The notes: generated from the sequence alone by a model not told the origin. Counted from the first letter of the stretch, positions 1 to 9,176 are shown. The stretch: DNA of 32,000 bases from Erysipelotrichaceae bacterium (GCA_030604855.1 JAUVVC010000002.1:214130-246129); one strand, 5' to 3'. Numbers and translations are program-made.

Positions 1-540
1 GCGGAGCAACTGCGTTTGCTTGTTCAAACGGTGTCTACAAGTCCAAACCGAGTTGCTCAACGACCCGTTTTGAAGAATAAGTTGGAACTGACGACTTGGG
101 CAGAGAAGGAAATTCTTGGTCAAATGCTTTTCAGCCAACAAGCCGTATTGGATTTTAGGCAGGATCTTGGCTTCTTTGCGGATCCAAGTTACCAAAAACT
201 TGCCTTGACCATTATAAATTACTATCGAAGTCATGAAGAATGCGTGATTGCGGACTTCATTAGTACACTCGAAGACGCAGGCATGATAGAATTAGTTACA
301 CAGATTGTAGATAGTGAAATCTATTATCGTGCGTATTCAAGCGAAGCCTTGCATGATGCGATCCTTCGCGTTAAGATTAACAACCTTGATCGACAACTTG
401 AATTGTTCAAACAGAAATACAGCGATGAACTCGCATTTCAAACAAATATGGAACGGATTCAAGATTATCAATCATTACTAAAGCAGAAGCGAGAATTGGT
501 TCAATTGAGAGGAGTAGACAAACATGGCAAACAGCATTAA
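1..540 (+). CDS. dnaG: DNA primase DnaG, C-terminal part (5' end lies outside the window)
   Basis: Frame 1 is open from base 1 with no upstream stop. The helical C-terminal region looks like the DnaB-interaction domain. It overlaps the sigA start by 17 nt, as in the conserved dnaG-sigA operon. Confidence 0.75.
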   Translation, partial: AEQLRLLVQTVSTSPNRVAQRPVLKNKLELTTWAEKEILGQMLFSQQAVLDFRQDLGFFADPSYQKLALTIINYYRSHEECVIADFISTLEDAGMIELVTQIVDSEIYYRAYSSEALHDAILRVKINNLDRQLELFKQKYSDELAFQTNMERIQDYQSLLKQKRELVQLRGVDKHGKQH

Positions 541-2146
541 AACTCTGGATGAGTTGAAAAAGGAATTACAGAGTAAATTTAAGAAGAAGGGACTACTTAC
601 GCAGGATGATGTGGATAAGGAACTATCCATCTATGATTTAAATGACAGCGAGGCGACGGAATTCATTGATTCGCTTTTAGGTATGGGTGTGAAGCTCAGT
701 GATGAAGTCGTGATTGAAGAAGATGTGGATCTAACAGACAATGCGCTTGTAGTCGAAGACATTGAAATGAAGGATGATTTTGTCGATGAAGAAGATGAAG
801 AAGCTGAGGAAGAAAGCTATTCTGCTAATTATGCATCCTCAAATCAAGCACGAGTCAACGATCCGGTTAAGCAATATTTAAAGGAAATCGGTCGTGTTGA
901 CTTATTGACATCAAGTCTTGAAACCAAGTATGCAATCGATATCAAAGAGGGTCTGGTTGTATTCAACCGTTTCAAAGTCATTTTCAACAACTGGTTGACT
1001 TTGACGAATTTGGATGAGAAGACTTTTGCGGAGGCAAGTGCTGCAGTTAGTCTGGATTTTGATTTGCACACGCAATTGAATGAATCCGAAGGATCAATTT
1101 TTGATACACTTGTCTTCACCGTCACACAACGCTTAAAGACCTTGATGTTTAGAAAAGATGCGTTTATGAAGGAGATTGAAGCGTTCAAATCATTTGCAGA
1201 CTATGACCAAATTCAGGACAGCATGACCCCAGTCCAAATCTATCGTCTGATGGCGAAGGATTATCCTCAGCTTGCGAACTTGGCGCATGATTTCAAGGCC
1301 GATCTGGAACCTTATCGTTGCTTTGCGTTTAAGAATTTCATGTATTGTTTCACACATCATTTCAACGAATTGACCGATACGTTTGAAGAAGATCTTAAGA
1401 TCATCGATAAAGGTGATTTTGCGAAACAAGAACTTATTTCAGCCAACCTTCGATTAGTTGTGTCGATTGCTAAGAAATATGTGGGTCGTGGGATGTTATT
1501 CTTGGATTTGATCCAAGAAGGTAATATGGGTTTAGTCAAGGCTGTTGAAAAATTTGATCATACCAAGGGCTTTAAGTTTTCGACGTATGCGACATGGTGG
1601 ATTCGACAAGCGATCACACGTGCGATTGCCGATCAAGCTCGTACGATTCGTATTCCAGTTCACATGGTTGAAACCATCAACAAGTTGACGCGTATTCAAA
1701 GACAATTGGTTCAGGATCTCGGTCGTGACCCAAGTGCTGAAGAAATTGCGGCTAAAATGGAAAACATCACGCCAGAAAAAGTTCGTGAAATTCAAAAGAT
1801 CGCATTGGAACCTGTTTCCTTGGAAACCCCGATTGGTGAGGAAGATGATTCCCATTTGGGTGACTTTATAGAAGACAAAGATGCGATGTCTCCGGATGAG
1901 TATGCAAACAATCAACTTTTGAAGGATGAAATCAACAATATCCTCCAAGGTTTGACGGAGCGTGAAGAAAAAGTTCTACGTTTACGCTTTGGTTTATACG
2001 ACGGTCGTACGCGTACTTTGGAAGAAGTCGGTAAGGAATTTGACGTCACACGTGAACGTATCCGTCAAATTGAAGCTAAAGCATTGCGTAAACTCAAACA
2101 TCCGACCCGTTCAAAACGTTTGAAGGATTTCAACGACAAGATCTGA
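524..2146 (+). CDS. sigA: Primary RNA polymerase sigma factor SigA/RpoD, 540 aa, with a lineage-specific insertion
   Basis: Region 1.2 is [16 protein letters not shown]. Region 2 is [39 protein letters not shown]...[30 protein letters not shown]. Region 4.2 is [30 protein letters not shown]. An AGAGGAG SD lies about 9 nt upstream of the ATG. Confidence 0.97.
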   Translation: MANSIKTLDELKKELQSKFKKKGLLTQDDVDKELSIYDLNDSEATEFIDSLLGMGVKLSDEVVIEEDVDLTDNALVVEDIEMKDDFVDEEDEEAEEESYSANYASSNQARVNDPVKQYLKEIGRVDLLTSSLETKYAIDIKEGLVVFNRFKVIFNNWLTLTNLDEKTFAEASAAVSLDFDLHTQLNESEGSIFDTLVFTVTQRLKTLMFRKDAFMKEIEAFKSFADYDQIQDSMTPVQIYRLMAKDYPQLANLAHDFKADLEPYRCFAFKNFMYCFTHHFNELTDTFEEDLKIIDKGDFAKQELISANLRLVVSIAKKYVGRGMLFLDLIQEGNMGLVKAVEKFDHTKGFKFSTYATWWIRQAITRAIADQARTIRIPVHMVETINKLTRIQRQLVQDLGRDPSAEEIAAKMENITPEKVREIQKIALEPVSLETPIGEEDDSHLGDFIEDKDAMSPDEYANNQLLKDEINNILQGLTEREEKVLRLRFGLYDGRTRTLEEVGKEFDVTRERIRQIEAKALRKLKHPTRSKRLKDFNDKI

Positions 2147-2808
2147 TGCTTAACTTAAGATTACAGCATATCGTTAAAATGATTCAGCCATGTGACGTCC
2201 TGATTGACATCGGGAGTGATCATGGCTTTTTACCGATTCATCTTTTAAAAAACAGAATCATCCAGAGAGCAGTCATTTGTGACATCAATGCACAACCACT
2301 TCAGTCCGCGATCAAAAATACTCGTATTGCTCAAGTTGAAGATCGATGTACCTTTGTACAATCCAATGGGTTACGAAATCATCAGGAAGCTGTGGATGCG
2401 GCTGTGATCGCAGGGATGGGTTATGAAACGATCGCTCAGATCATTGAGCAAGATTTAAAACATTTCAGAGTCATCGATCAGATCATCCTTCAATCCAATA
2501 CGCATTTGGATAAATTACGTGCGTTTCTTTTAACCCATAAATTTAAGATCATCGATGAGTCGCTTGTTAAGGATCGCAAGCATTTTTATGTCATCATTAA
2601 AGTTAGATATCAAGAAGAACTGTTGGAATTTGATGAATCGGATCTATGGATTGGTCCTGTGCTCAAGCATCGTAAAGATGATTTGATGTTTCAGTACCTG
2701 ATGCAGCTTCATCGAACTGAAACAAAGGTTATAAAAGGGCAAAAAAAAGAATCTTCAAAGAAGATTCAAGTGATTCAAACTTATTTGGATATCATACAAA
2801 CATCTTGA
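2146..2808 (+). CDS. trmK: tRNA (adenine22-N1)-methyltransferase TrmK (YqfN family)
   Basis: The N-terminus LRLQHIVKMIQPCDVLIDIGSDHGFLPIHLL is a typical TrmK SAM-binding start. The ATG overlaps the sigA TGA (ATCTGATG). It sits directly after sigA, as in B. subtilis. Confidence 0.85.
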   Translation: MLNLRLQHIVKMIQPCDVLIDIGSDHGFLPIHLLKNRIIQRAVICDINAQPLQSAIKNTRIAQVEDRCTFVQSNGLRNHQEAVDAAVIAGMGYETIAQIIEQDLKHFRVIDQIILQSNTHLDKLRAFLLTHKFKIIDESLVKDRKHFYVIIKVRYQEELLEFDESDLWIGPVLKHRKDDLMFQYLMQLHRTETKVIKGQKKESSKKIQVIQTYLDIIQTS

Positions 2809-3706
2809 TGGCTTTGACCGCTTCTATTGGATCGATGCCATCACGAATGGCATTGCAATAAGCGATGACTTGATTGACCAAATACGACGGGGTAGAAGCA
2901 CCAGCGGTGATTGCCAGTCGATTGAAGGTACTGAAGGGAAGTTCAAGTAGATCGTGATAGGTCTCAACTTGATAAACCAGTGGGATTCCTTTATTTGAAC
3001 CGATTTTAGCCAACATCCGTGTATTGTTGGATTTTGGATCACCAATGACAATCAAGGCATCGATGTGTTCAAGTTTTAAGATGGCTTCTTGTCGCATGCG
3101 TGTCGCACTGCAGATCTCGTCACTTATGATCGCGTGTGGATATTTCGCTTTGATTGCATCTAATAGTACTTGGATATCCAAAATGCTCATCGTGGTTTGA
3201 TTGGTTACGAAAATACGCGGATGATCGATGTTTAAGTTCTGAATGGCATCCAAATCCTTAATGAATGTGATGTTTACAGGGTCCATATCACAAATTGCTT
3301 CCGCTTCTGGATGATTTTCTTGACCAATGTATAAAATGTGATAAACTTCATCAAGGTATGTTTGAATTAAATTTTGTGTCGAGATAACATCTTCACAACT
3401 TGCATCAACCGTGATCAAGCCTTTTGCTTGTGCTTTCTGGACGACATTGGAACTGATGCCATGTGCGGAAAAGATGACGACGCCTTCATTTACTTGATCT
3501 AAGAGATCCATTCTAGACTTGCCTTTAGATTCAACCGTCTCAACACGATGATCTTTCATTGCTTCAACAACGAAGCGATTGTGGACCAATTCACCTAGTA
3601 TGGTAATCTTTTGGTCCGGATATTTCTTCGCAGTTTCTTTCGCGATTTGAATCGCTTTTACGACTCCTTTGCAGAAACCACGTGGATTTACTGTAATAAT
3701 TTCCAT
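2792..3706 (-). CDS. ispH: 4-hydroxy-3-methylbut-2-enyl diphosphate reductase IspH/LytB (MEP pathway)
   Basis: Starts MEIITVNPRGFCKGVVKAIQIA. Conserved Cys-containing segments are present (FCKGV, SAHG, NQTT, SNNT). A GGAGG SD lies 8 nt upstream. Its 3' end overlaps trmK by 17 bp in convergent orientation. Confidence 0.93.
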   Translation of the reverse strand: MEIITVNPRGFCKGVVKAIQIAKETAKKYPDQKITILGELVHNRFVVEAMKDHRVETVESKGKSRMDLLDQVNEGVVIFSAHGISSNVVQKAQAKGLITVDASCEDVISTQNLIQTYLDEVYHILYIGQENHPEAEAICDMDPVNITFIKDLDAIQNLNIDHPRIFVTNQTTMSILDIQVLLDAIKAKYPHAIISDEICSATRMRQEAILKLEHIDALIVIGDPKSNNTRMLAKIGSNKGIPLVYQVETYHDLLELPFSTFNRLAITAGASTPSYLVNQVIAYCNAIRDGIDPIEAVKAIKMFV

Positions 3707-3780
3707 TTTTCACCTCCACGTAATCATACCATACTTTTAAAAAGGTGTTGAAAACACTATAATGTCACTGAGGTAGTACT

Positions 3781-5142
3781 ATGACGATAAGACAAGATGA
3801 ACGCTTAAATAAGTTTCTAACGGACCAAGGATTCAAGTTTGAAACCGAGATTCAAAAACAGGCATACTCCCACATTCTAAAGGGTAAGGATGTCATTGCC
3901 ATCTCAAAAACAGGAACTGGGAAGACATTGGCTTATTTGATGCCATTGTTCGCACGCATCCAAGTGAGTGAAAACCGCATTCAAGCCGTGATCCTTTCTC
4001 CAACCCAAGAATTGAGCCAACAGATCTATCAAGTCGCAAAGACGCTTACTAAATATTTTCCGGGTGTACGTTTATTGCGTGCGACCAAAGGTGAAGATCG
4101 ACGTAAGTTTGAAAAAGAAGCAGAACACCATGCGCATCTCGTCATCGGGACAGTCGGTAAGTTGAAATCACTCTTTTTAGATGACAATCTTCTCCGTTTG
4201 GATCAAACAAACATGTTGGTCATCGATGAAGCGGATATGATGTTGGATTCGACGAATTTAGCTGAGATCGACCAGTTGGCTGGACGTATGGCACAACAGT
4301 TGCAGATGTTGGTTTTTAGTGCGACCATTCCGGATAACATGAATGCATTCATGCGTTCCTATATGCATCAACCGAAGTTGATCAAGATTGAAGAAGATGT
4401 CAAGTTCGATCCTCGATTGGAACATGTCTTGATTCCATTCAAGAGTGAATCCTATGACATCGTCTTTAAACTGCTCCCTCACATCAATCCATCCTTATGT
4501 TTGATTTTTGTGGAACACCACGATCAATTATTAAAATTGAGCAAACAATTCAATGATCAAGGCATCCGTCACCTCTTGATTTCTGGAAAGATGAGCGCAC
4601 GTGAACGCAATCAAGTCTTGAAACAAGTGCATGAAGGTTCCTTTGTGTATGTTTTGTCCAGCGATGTGGCGGCCAGAGGGTTGGACCTTGAAAACTTAAG
4701 TGATGTCATTTCACTCGGTATGCCAAGCGATTTGAGCTTCTATACGCATCGTGCAGGGCGTACCGGTCGTGCCGGACGCAGTGGACGAGTGTTTGCATTC
4801 TATTTTGAGAAGGATCTTCCAAAGGTTCGACAATTGATCAAGAATGGCATTGTATTTAACTATAAGGCCTTAACTAAAAATGGTTTACGTGAAATGAAGG
4901 AATTGGACTATCAACACAAACGTAAAGCCAGTGAGCTGGATATAGAAATCCATAAGATTGTAAAATCAAGACCCAAGACGGTCAAACCTGGCTACAAGAA
5001 GAAGATGACGGCTGAGATTGAACAGCTCAAACGTAAGCGTAAGCGTGATATGATTCAAAAGAGTATCAAGGAACAACATAAACTTAAATCAAAACTGAAG
5101 CAAATCGAAAAACGCTCAGACGCAAACAAGGATCATGACTGA
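3781..5142 (+). CDS. cshB: DEAD-box ATP-dependent RNA helicase (CshB/YqfR-like) with a Lys-rich C-terminal tail
   Basis: Motifs: a Q-motif region, Walker A SKTGTGKT, DEAD (VIDEADMM), SAT, and HRAGRTGRAG. The basic tail is KRKRKRDMIQKSIKEQHKLKSKLK. Synteny with trmK and ispH supports the call. Confidence 0.85.
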   Translation: MTIRQDERLNKFLTDQGFKFETEIQKQAYSHILKGKDVIAISKTGTGKTLAYLMPLFARIQVSENRIQAVILSPTQELSQQIYQVAKTLTKYFPGVRLLRATKGEDRRKFEKEAEHHAHLVIGTVGKLKSLFLDDNLLRLDQTNMLVIDEADMMLDSTNLAEIDQLAGRMAQQLQMLVFSATIPDNMNAFMRSYMHQPKLIKIEEDVKFDPRLEHVLIPFKSESYDIVFKLLPHINPSLCLIFVEHHDQLLKLSKQFNDQGIRHLLISGKMSARERNQVLKQVHEGSFVYVLSSDVAARGLDLENLSDVISLGMPSDLSFYTHRAGRTGRAGRSGRVFAFYFEKDLPKVRQLIKNGIVFNYKALTKNGLREMKELDYQHKRKASELDIEIHKIVKSRPKTVKPGYKKKMTAEIEQLKRKRKRDMIQKSIKEQHKLKSKLKQIEKRSDANKDHD

Positions 5143-5155
5143 TCCTTGTTTTTTA
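5127..5155 (+). terminator. Rho-independent terminator of the helicase gene, embedded in the convergent overlap
   Basis: CAAGGATCA-TGAC-TGATCCTTG is a perfect 9-bp stem followed by TTTTTTAT. The stop codons of both cshB (5140-5142) and ispG (5133-5135, minus strand) lie inside the stem. Confidence 0.75.
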
Positions 5156-6203
5156 TCATAAATTGTATCTCTGCTTTAAGTTCTTCAACGATGCGCTCCT
5201 GAGGAACGGATCGTACATAAACCCCTTTCTTAAAGAGCAAAGCTTCTTTGTGTCCACCAGCGACACCGATATCCGCACGTGAAGCTTCCTGAGGACCATT
5301 GACAGCACAGCCCATGATAGCTACTGTAATGTCTTCATTGAGCTCATCCAGATATTTCTCCATCTCTTTAACAATCGGCAACATGTCGTATTGGATGCGT
5401 CCACAGGTCGGACAAGCGATCAGGTTCGCGACTTTGTCGTATAGATCGAAATTTTTAAGAAGTTGCTTAGCAATCTTCAACTCTTCACTTGGATCGTCAC
5501 TGACGGAGATGCGCATCGTGTCTCCGATCCCAAGATGAATCAAGGTTCCAAGTGCAGCTGAAGATTTGATTGCGGCGGATAACATCGCTCCGGCCTCTGT
5601 CACTCCTAAATGCAAGGGGTAGGGGAAGACTTCAGCGGCTTTTTGATAAACTGCGATCGTCAAGGGAACTTCTGAGGATTTGAATGATAAGACGATATCT
5701 TCAAAGCCATTTTCATTCAAGATGTTCACATGATACTGAGCACTTTCAATCATGGCTTCAACACAAGGCTTACCATATTTTTTGAGAATGTCTTTTTCAA
5801 TCGATCCTGAGTTGATGCCGATGCGGATGGGAATGTGTCTTGCCTTGCATGCTTCCACAACTTCCTTGATATGTTCTGGATTTTTGATGTTTCCAGGATT
5901 GAGTCGAATTTTATGAATGCCATTTTGAACAGCCAATAATGCCAAGCGATAATTGAAGTGGATATCCGCCACGAGGGGTATGTTTACTTGTTTTACGATT
6001 TCTGCGATGGCATTGGCGTCTTCTTCATCCAGTACAGCTAAACGGACGATCTCGCAACCGTTGCCGGCAAGTGTTTTGATTTGATTGACCGTTGCGTCCA
6101 CATCCTTCGTTTTGGTGTTGGTCATGGATTGAATGATGATTCGATTCTGACCACCGATTTGAATATTTTTGACCATGACTGGTCGTGTTTCGAGTCGTTT
6201 CAT
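5133..6203 (-). CDS. ispG: 4-hydroxy-3-methylbut-2-en-1-yl diphosphate synthase IspG/GcpE (MEP pathway)
   Basis: TRPVMVKNIQIGGQNRIIIQSMTNTKTKDVDATVNQI is a typical IspG N-terminus. C-terminal Cys motifs are CPTCGR and GCAVNGPQEA. I prefer the ATG at 6203 (MKRLETRP...), which has AAAGGAG just upstream, over the ORF-track start at 6254. Confidence 0.92.
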   Translation of the reverse strand: MKRLETRPVMVKNIQIGGQNRIIIQSMTNTKTKDVDATVNQIKTLAGNGCEIVRLAVLDEEDANAIAEIVKQVNIPLVADIHFNYRLALLAVQNGIHKIRLNPGNIKNPEHIKEVVEACKARHIPIRIGINSGSIEKDILKKYGKPCVEAMIESAQYHVNILNENGFEDIVLSFKSSEVPLTIAVYQKAAEVFPYPLHLGVTEAGAMLSAAIKSSAALGTLIHLGIGDTMRISVSDDPSEELKIAKQLLKNFDLYDKVANLIACPTCGRIQYDMLPIVKEMEKYLDELNEDITVAIMGCAVNGPQEASRADIGVAGGHKEALLFKKGVYVRSVPQERIVEELKAEIQFMIKNKDQS

Positions 6204-6214
6204 AAGCTCCTTTA

Positions 6215-6230
6215 TTGATTGCGCAATCAA
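6215..6230. promoter_or_regulatory. Perfect 16-bp palindrome TTGATTGCGCAATCAA in the 61-bp ispG/PBP divergent region
   Basis: Read directly from the sequence; the two 8-bp arms have no mismatch and the centre is CG. It lies 3 nt upstream of the ispG SD on the minus-strand transcript. It could be an operator or a 5'-UTR hairpin. Confidence 0.5.
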
Positions 6231-6264
6231 GTATGATTTTGCGACTAAATGCATTATAATACAA

Positions 6265-8319
6265 ATGATGTTAAAAATTACGAAACTTGCACGCGATTTG
6301 CGTTTGAAAAAAAATACAGATGACTACATAAAACGCTTCAATCCACGCTTAGTGATTCTAAGCGCTTTGTTGATTGGTTTGTTTCTGATCGTATGGATCA
6401 ACCTTTTTTCCGTTCAGGTCCTAAGAAACAATGAGTATCGTGAAAAGTTGTACAATTTCACGAAGACCTATCAAAACATGGCTTCTCCACGAGGAGAGAT
6501 CCGTGATCGTAACGGTGAGATTCTTGTTGCCAACCAAGAACGTTTAGCCATCGTCTATTATCCACCCTTGAACATCTCTTCGAGCCAAGAATGGGATTTG
6601 GCTTATCAATTTGCGAATGACTTTGAGATCGATATCTCCTCATTGACGCAGAGAGATCTAAAAGATGTCTTCTTGGTGAACTTTCCTAAAGAAGCAGAGA
6701 CTTTGGTGACTGAAGCAGAATGGGACGCCTATTATGACGGCGACTTGACGGATAATGGCATCTATCAGCTCAAGATCGAGCGCTTGACAAGCACTCATTT
6801 GGATCAGTTGTCGGAGATGATGATCAAAGCATATCAAGTGAAACAAGCCATGAATCAAGCGCCTCGTTTCAGTCTGAAAACAATCAAAGACAATGTGAGC
6901 ATCGATGAGATTTCATATTTGATCGCAAATTCAAATCGCTATAAAGGCTTTGATGTCTATGTCTACTTTGATCGTTCCTATCCCTACGACACCATGCTTC
7001 GTGGTTTGTTGGGTGGGGTCACGAGTTCAAGACAAGGTTTGTTATCGGAACGCTTGAACTATTATCTTGCACTTGGTTATTCACGAAACAGTTCTATGGG
7101 CCGCAGTGGGGTCGAGTATCAATACGAATCCCTTCTCAAAGGTCAAGATACAGCCTATACCGTAGAATACAATGAACAAGGTTTGGCAATCTTCAATGAA
7201 GCAATCGTGGGTACGAAAGGTCAGGACTTAAGAACTTCGATTGACGTGAATCTACAACTAAAAGTAGAAGAAATTTTAACGAACAATTTCATACAAGAAG
7301 CCAACAATCCGTATCGGAAATACATGGATACGATCTATGTCGTTGTGAGTGATCCTAAGACAGGGGATATTTTGAGTATGGCAGGGATGAAGAAAGAAAA
7401 TGACATCATCTACAACAACCCTGTGGCAACCTATACGGAATCTTTGGCTGCAGGATCATCCATCAAAGGTGCCACGATGTATTTGGGATACGATGAGAAA
7501 CTGGTGCGTTTCAATGAATACATTGTCGACGAACCCATTAAGATTGCAGATACACCCTTAAAGAAAAGTTTACGTGATCTGGGCCGAATCAATGATCTCG
7601 TCGCCTTGTCGAAATCAAGCAATGTTTACATGTTCCATATCGCGATGCGTTTGGGGGGTGCGAACTACGTATACAATGGTCCATTGAACATCGATAAACA
7701 AGCCTTTACGACGATTCGAAACACCTTCAGCCAGTTTGGATTGGGAACATTGACTGGGATCGATGTACCGAATGAAACGGTTGGATATATTGGAACTTCG
7801 ACCTTGGGGGGACATTTATTGGATTTCGTAATTGGACAATACGATACCTATACGACTCTGCAATTGGCTCAATACATCAACACGATTGCCAATGATGGTG
7901 TACGTGTCAAACCACGTGTCGTCATCGAGGCGAGTATGACGAATTCAGATGTGACAAGCTACACGAATCCCGTGACAGTGTTGTCCACACTGGACAATTT
8001 GCCTGCGATCAAACGTGTTCAAGATGGATTCAGACTCTGTGTGACCGACGGGTACTGTACAGCACTCAAAAATCTACCGGTTGCGGTTGCGGCTAAGACA
8101 GGAACAGCTGAAGCATTTATGAGTGATGAGGCTGGCAATTATTTTGATTCACCAAATTCACTTTTAGTTTCATATGCACCCTTTGAAGCGCCTGAGATAT
8201 CCATTGCTTGTGCGATCCCACATGCATGGAATGATACGTCACAAACCAATGCCTGTTTAGGCATCAGTCGCGATATATATGCATATTATTTCAGTGAAAT
8301 ATCACGGAATGAAAATTGA
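6265..8319 (+). CDS. Class B penicillin-binding protein (PBP2-type transpeptidase), N-terminal membrane anchor
   Basis: The TM anchor is LVILSALLIGLFLIVWINLF. Active-site motifs are SxxK (GSSIKG), SxN (KSSNV) and KTG (AAKTGTAE). The start is set at ATGATG 6265/6268; the upstream part of the ORF (from 6169) overlaps the ispG start region and looks non-coding. Confidence 0.88.
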   Translation: MMLKITKLARDLRLKKNTDDYIKRFNPRLVILSALLIGLFLIVWINLFSVQVLRNNEYREKLYNFTKTYQNMASPRGEIRDRNGEILVANQERLAIVYYPPLNISSSQEWDLAYQFANDFEIDISSLTQRDLKDVFLVNFPKEAETLVTEAEWDAYYDGDLTDNGIYQLKIERLTSTHLDQLSEMMIKAYQVKQAMNQAPRFSLKTIKDNVSIDEISYLIANSNRYKGFDVYVYFDRSYPYDTMLRGLLGGVTSSRQGLLSERLNYYLALGYSRNSSMGRSGVEYQYESLLKGQDTAYTVEYNEQGLAIFNEAIVGTKGQDLRTSIDVNLQLKVEEILTNNFIQEANNPYRKYMDTIYVVVSDPKTGDILSMAGMKKENDIIYNNPVATYTESLAAGSSIKGATMYLGYDEKLVRFNEYIVDEPIKIADTPLKKSLRDLGRINDLVALSKSSNVYMFHIAMRLGGANYVYNGPLNIDKQAFTTIRNTFSQFGLGTLTGIDVPNETVGYIGTSTLGGHLLDFVIGQYDTYTTLQLAQYINTIANDGVRVKPRVVIEASMTNSDVTSYTNPVTVLSTLDNLPAIKRVQDGFRLCVTDGYCTALKNLPVAVAAKTGTAEAFMSDEAGNYFDSPNSLLVSYAPFEAPEISIACAIPHAWNDTSQTNACLGISRDIYAYYFSEISRNEN

Positions 8320-8348
8320 TGACAAATTCATATGATTTGTGCTATATT
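8319..8348 (+). promoter_or_regulatory. Putative sigma-A promoter of rpmG
   Basis: The -35-like element is ATGACA (8319-8324). An 18-nt spacer follows, then an extended -10, TGc TATATT (8340-8348). Confidence 0.5.
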
Positions 8349-8373
8349 AATATAGCGTAGCGAGGAAAGTGAA

Positions 8374-8523
8374 ATGAGAGAAAATCTAACTTTGATGTGT
8401 ACGGAGTGTAAAGAAGAAAACTACATCAACACCCGTAACAAGAAAAAACATCCTGAACGTATGCAGGTCAATAAATATTGCCCTCGTTGCAATAAGCAAA
8501 CCGTTCACAGGGAGAAGAAATAA
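8374..8523 (+). CDS. rpmG: 50S ribosomal protein L33 (49 aa, Zn-ribbon C+ form)
   Basis: Not in the ORF track because it is under 60 aa. Translation is [49 protein letters not shown], with CxxC...CxxC. A GAGGAAAG SD lies 5-6 nt upstream. Confidence 0.93.
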   Translation: MRENLTLMCTECKEENYINTRNKKKHPERMQVNKYCPRCNKQTVHREKK

Positions 8524-8545
8524 AAAGGCCGTTGAGGCTTTTTTG
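8522..8545 (+). terminator. Weak intrinsic terminator after rpmG
   Basis: AAAGGCC-GTTGA-GGCTTTT forms a short stem with one G-U pair, running into a T6 tract. Confidence 0.4.
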
Positions 8546-8555
8546 TTAGCTTGAT

Positions 8556-9149
8556 ATGGAAGTCAGAACCATCGTTTTAGGCTTGTTTCAGACGAATACC
8601 TACCTTTTGGTGGAGGAAAACGAAGTTGTTATCATCGATCCTGTAAGCAAGGCTGAGCGCATACAAACCAAGATTCAAGGACATGAAAAGGTGATCGGTA
8701 TTCTTTTGACACACGGCCATTTTGATCACATCGGAGCTGTCGATGATTTGGCAGAGCTCTATCAATGTCCGGTTTTCCTTCATTATGAGGATTATGAATT
8801 GACTCAAGATCCACAAAAAAATTACTCACAGACAAAGAAGATCAAACTTAAATCAAAGCTTAGCTTCTTTGATGATCAACTGCAGCTGGGACATTTCATA
8901 TTCACGATTCATCATACCCCGGGGCATACTCCAGGGTCCGTATGTATCGAATATAAAGACCTCTTGTTTACGGGTGACACTTTGTTCAAAGAAAGTGTCG
9001 GTCGAACCGATCTCTATCGCGGAAATCCACAAGAACTTAAGCAAAGCCTACGGCAAATTGCAAAGATGGATCCATTGATGAAAATATATCCTGGACATGA
9101 AGCGCAATCCAGTTTAGCGCATGAGTTCAAAAACAACCCTTACTTCTAA
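8556..9149 (+). CDS. MBL-fold metallo-hydrolase (YqgX-like)
   Basis: Contains the HxHxDH motif LLTHGHFDHIGA, later H/D ligands (HTPGHTPGS, GDTLF) and a C-terminal GHE. It is adjacent to the comG operon, as yqgX is in B. subtilis. Confidence 0.85.
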   Translation: MEVRTIVLGLFQTNTYLLVEENEVVIIDPVSKAERIQTKIQGHEKVIGILLTHGHFDHIGAVDDLAELYQCPVFLHYEDYELTQDPQKNYSQTKKIKLKSKLSFFDDQLQLGHFIFTIHHTPGHTPGSVCIEYKDLLFTGDTLFKESVGRTDLYRGNPQELKQSLRQIAKMDPLMKIYPGHEAQSSLAHEFKNNPYF

Positions 9150-9176
9150 GACCCCATAAACAGGGGTCTTTTCTTT
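9149..9176 (+). terminator. Intrinsic terminator after the MBL hydrolase gene
   Basis: AGACCCC-ATAAACA-GGGGTCT is a 7-bp GC-rich stem followed by TTTCTTT. Confidence 0.7.

Noticed and set aside
844-1948. Four antisense ORFs (844-1188, 1190-1429, 1357-1539, 1532-1948, minus strand) opposite sigA
   Set aside because: They lie entirely inside the strongly supported sigA CDS. Their translations are low-complexity and biased, they have no SD, and they overlap one another. They are typical shadow ORFs of an AT-rich coding strand.
2741-2748. A8 homopolymer tracts inside trmK (2741-2748) and the PBP 5' end (6307-6314) as phase-variation switches
   Set aside because: Both encode Lys-rich stretches in frame. 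A-runs of this length are common in AT-rich genomes, and there is no evidence of frameshifted alternatives.
6215-6230. The 16-bp palindrome as a CcpA cre site
   Set aside because: TGATTGCGCAATCA deviates from the cre consensus TGWAANCGNTNWCA at the symmetric A/T positions that are most conserved (TT/AA instead of AA/TT). It is kept only as a generic LacI-type or hairpin candidate.
6169-6264. Long N-terminal extensions offered by the ORF track for several genes
   Set aside because: The affected starts are PBP 6169, ispG 6254, comGB 9985, comGD 11209, comGE 11387, efp 12494, der 15261, hup 17634, secreted protein 18932, deoB 21835, recN 24405, xseB 27361 and the ABC ATPase 30970. In each case the extension overlaps the preceding gene or an intergenic regulatory region. 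An internal ATG with a proper SD and a family-typical N-terminus is available in every case except comGE, where TTG is used and confidence is low.
8322-8340. Inverted repeat ACAAAT-N7-ATTTGT between the PBP stop and rpmG, as a terminator or a Zur-type operator
   Set aside because: The stem is a 6-bp all-A/T helix with no following T-run, so it is a poor terminator. This L33 is the Zn-binding C+ form, which is not the paralogue normally repressed by Zur. The repeat sits in the rpmG promoter spacer and may be coincidental.
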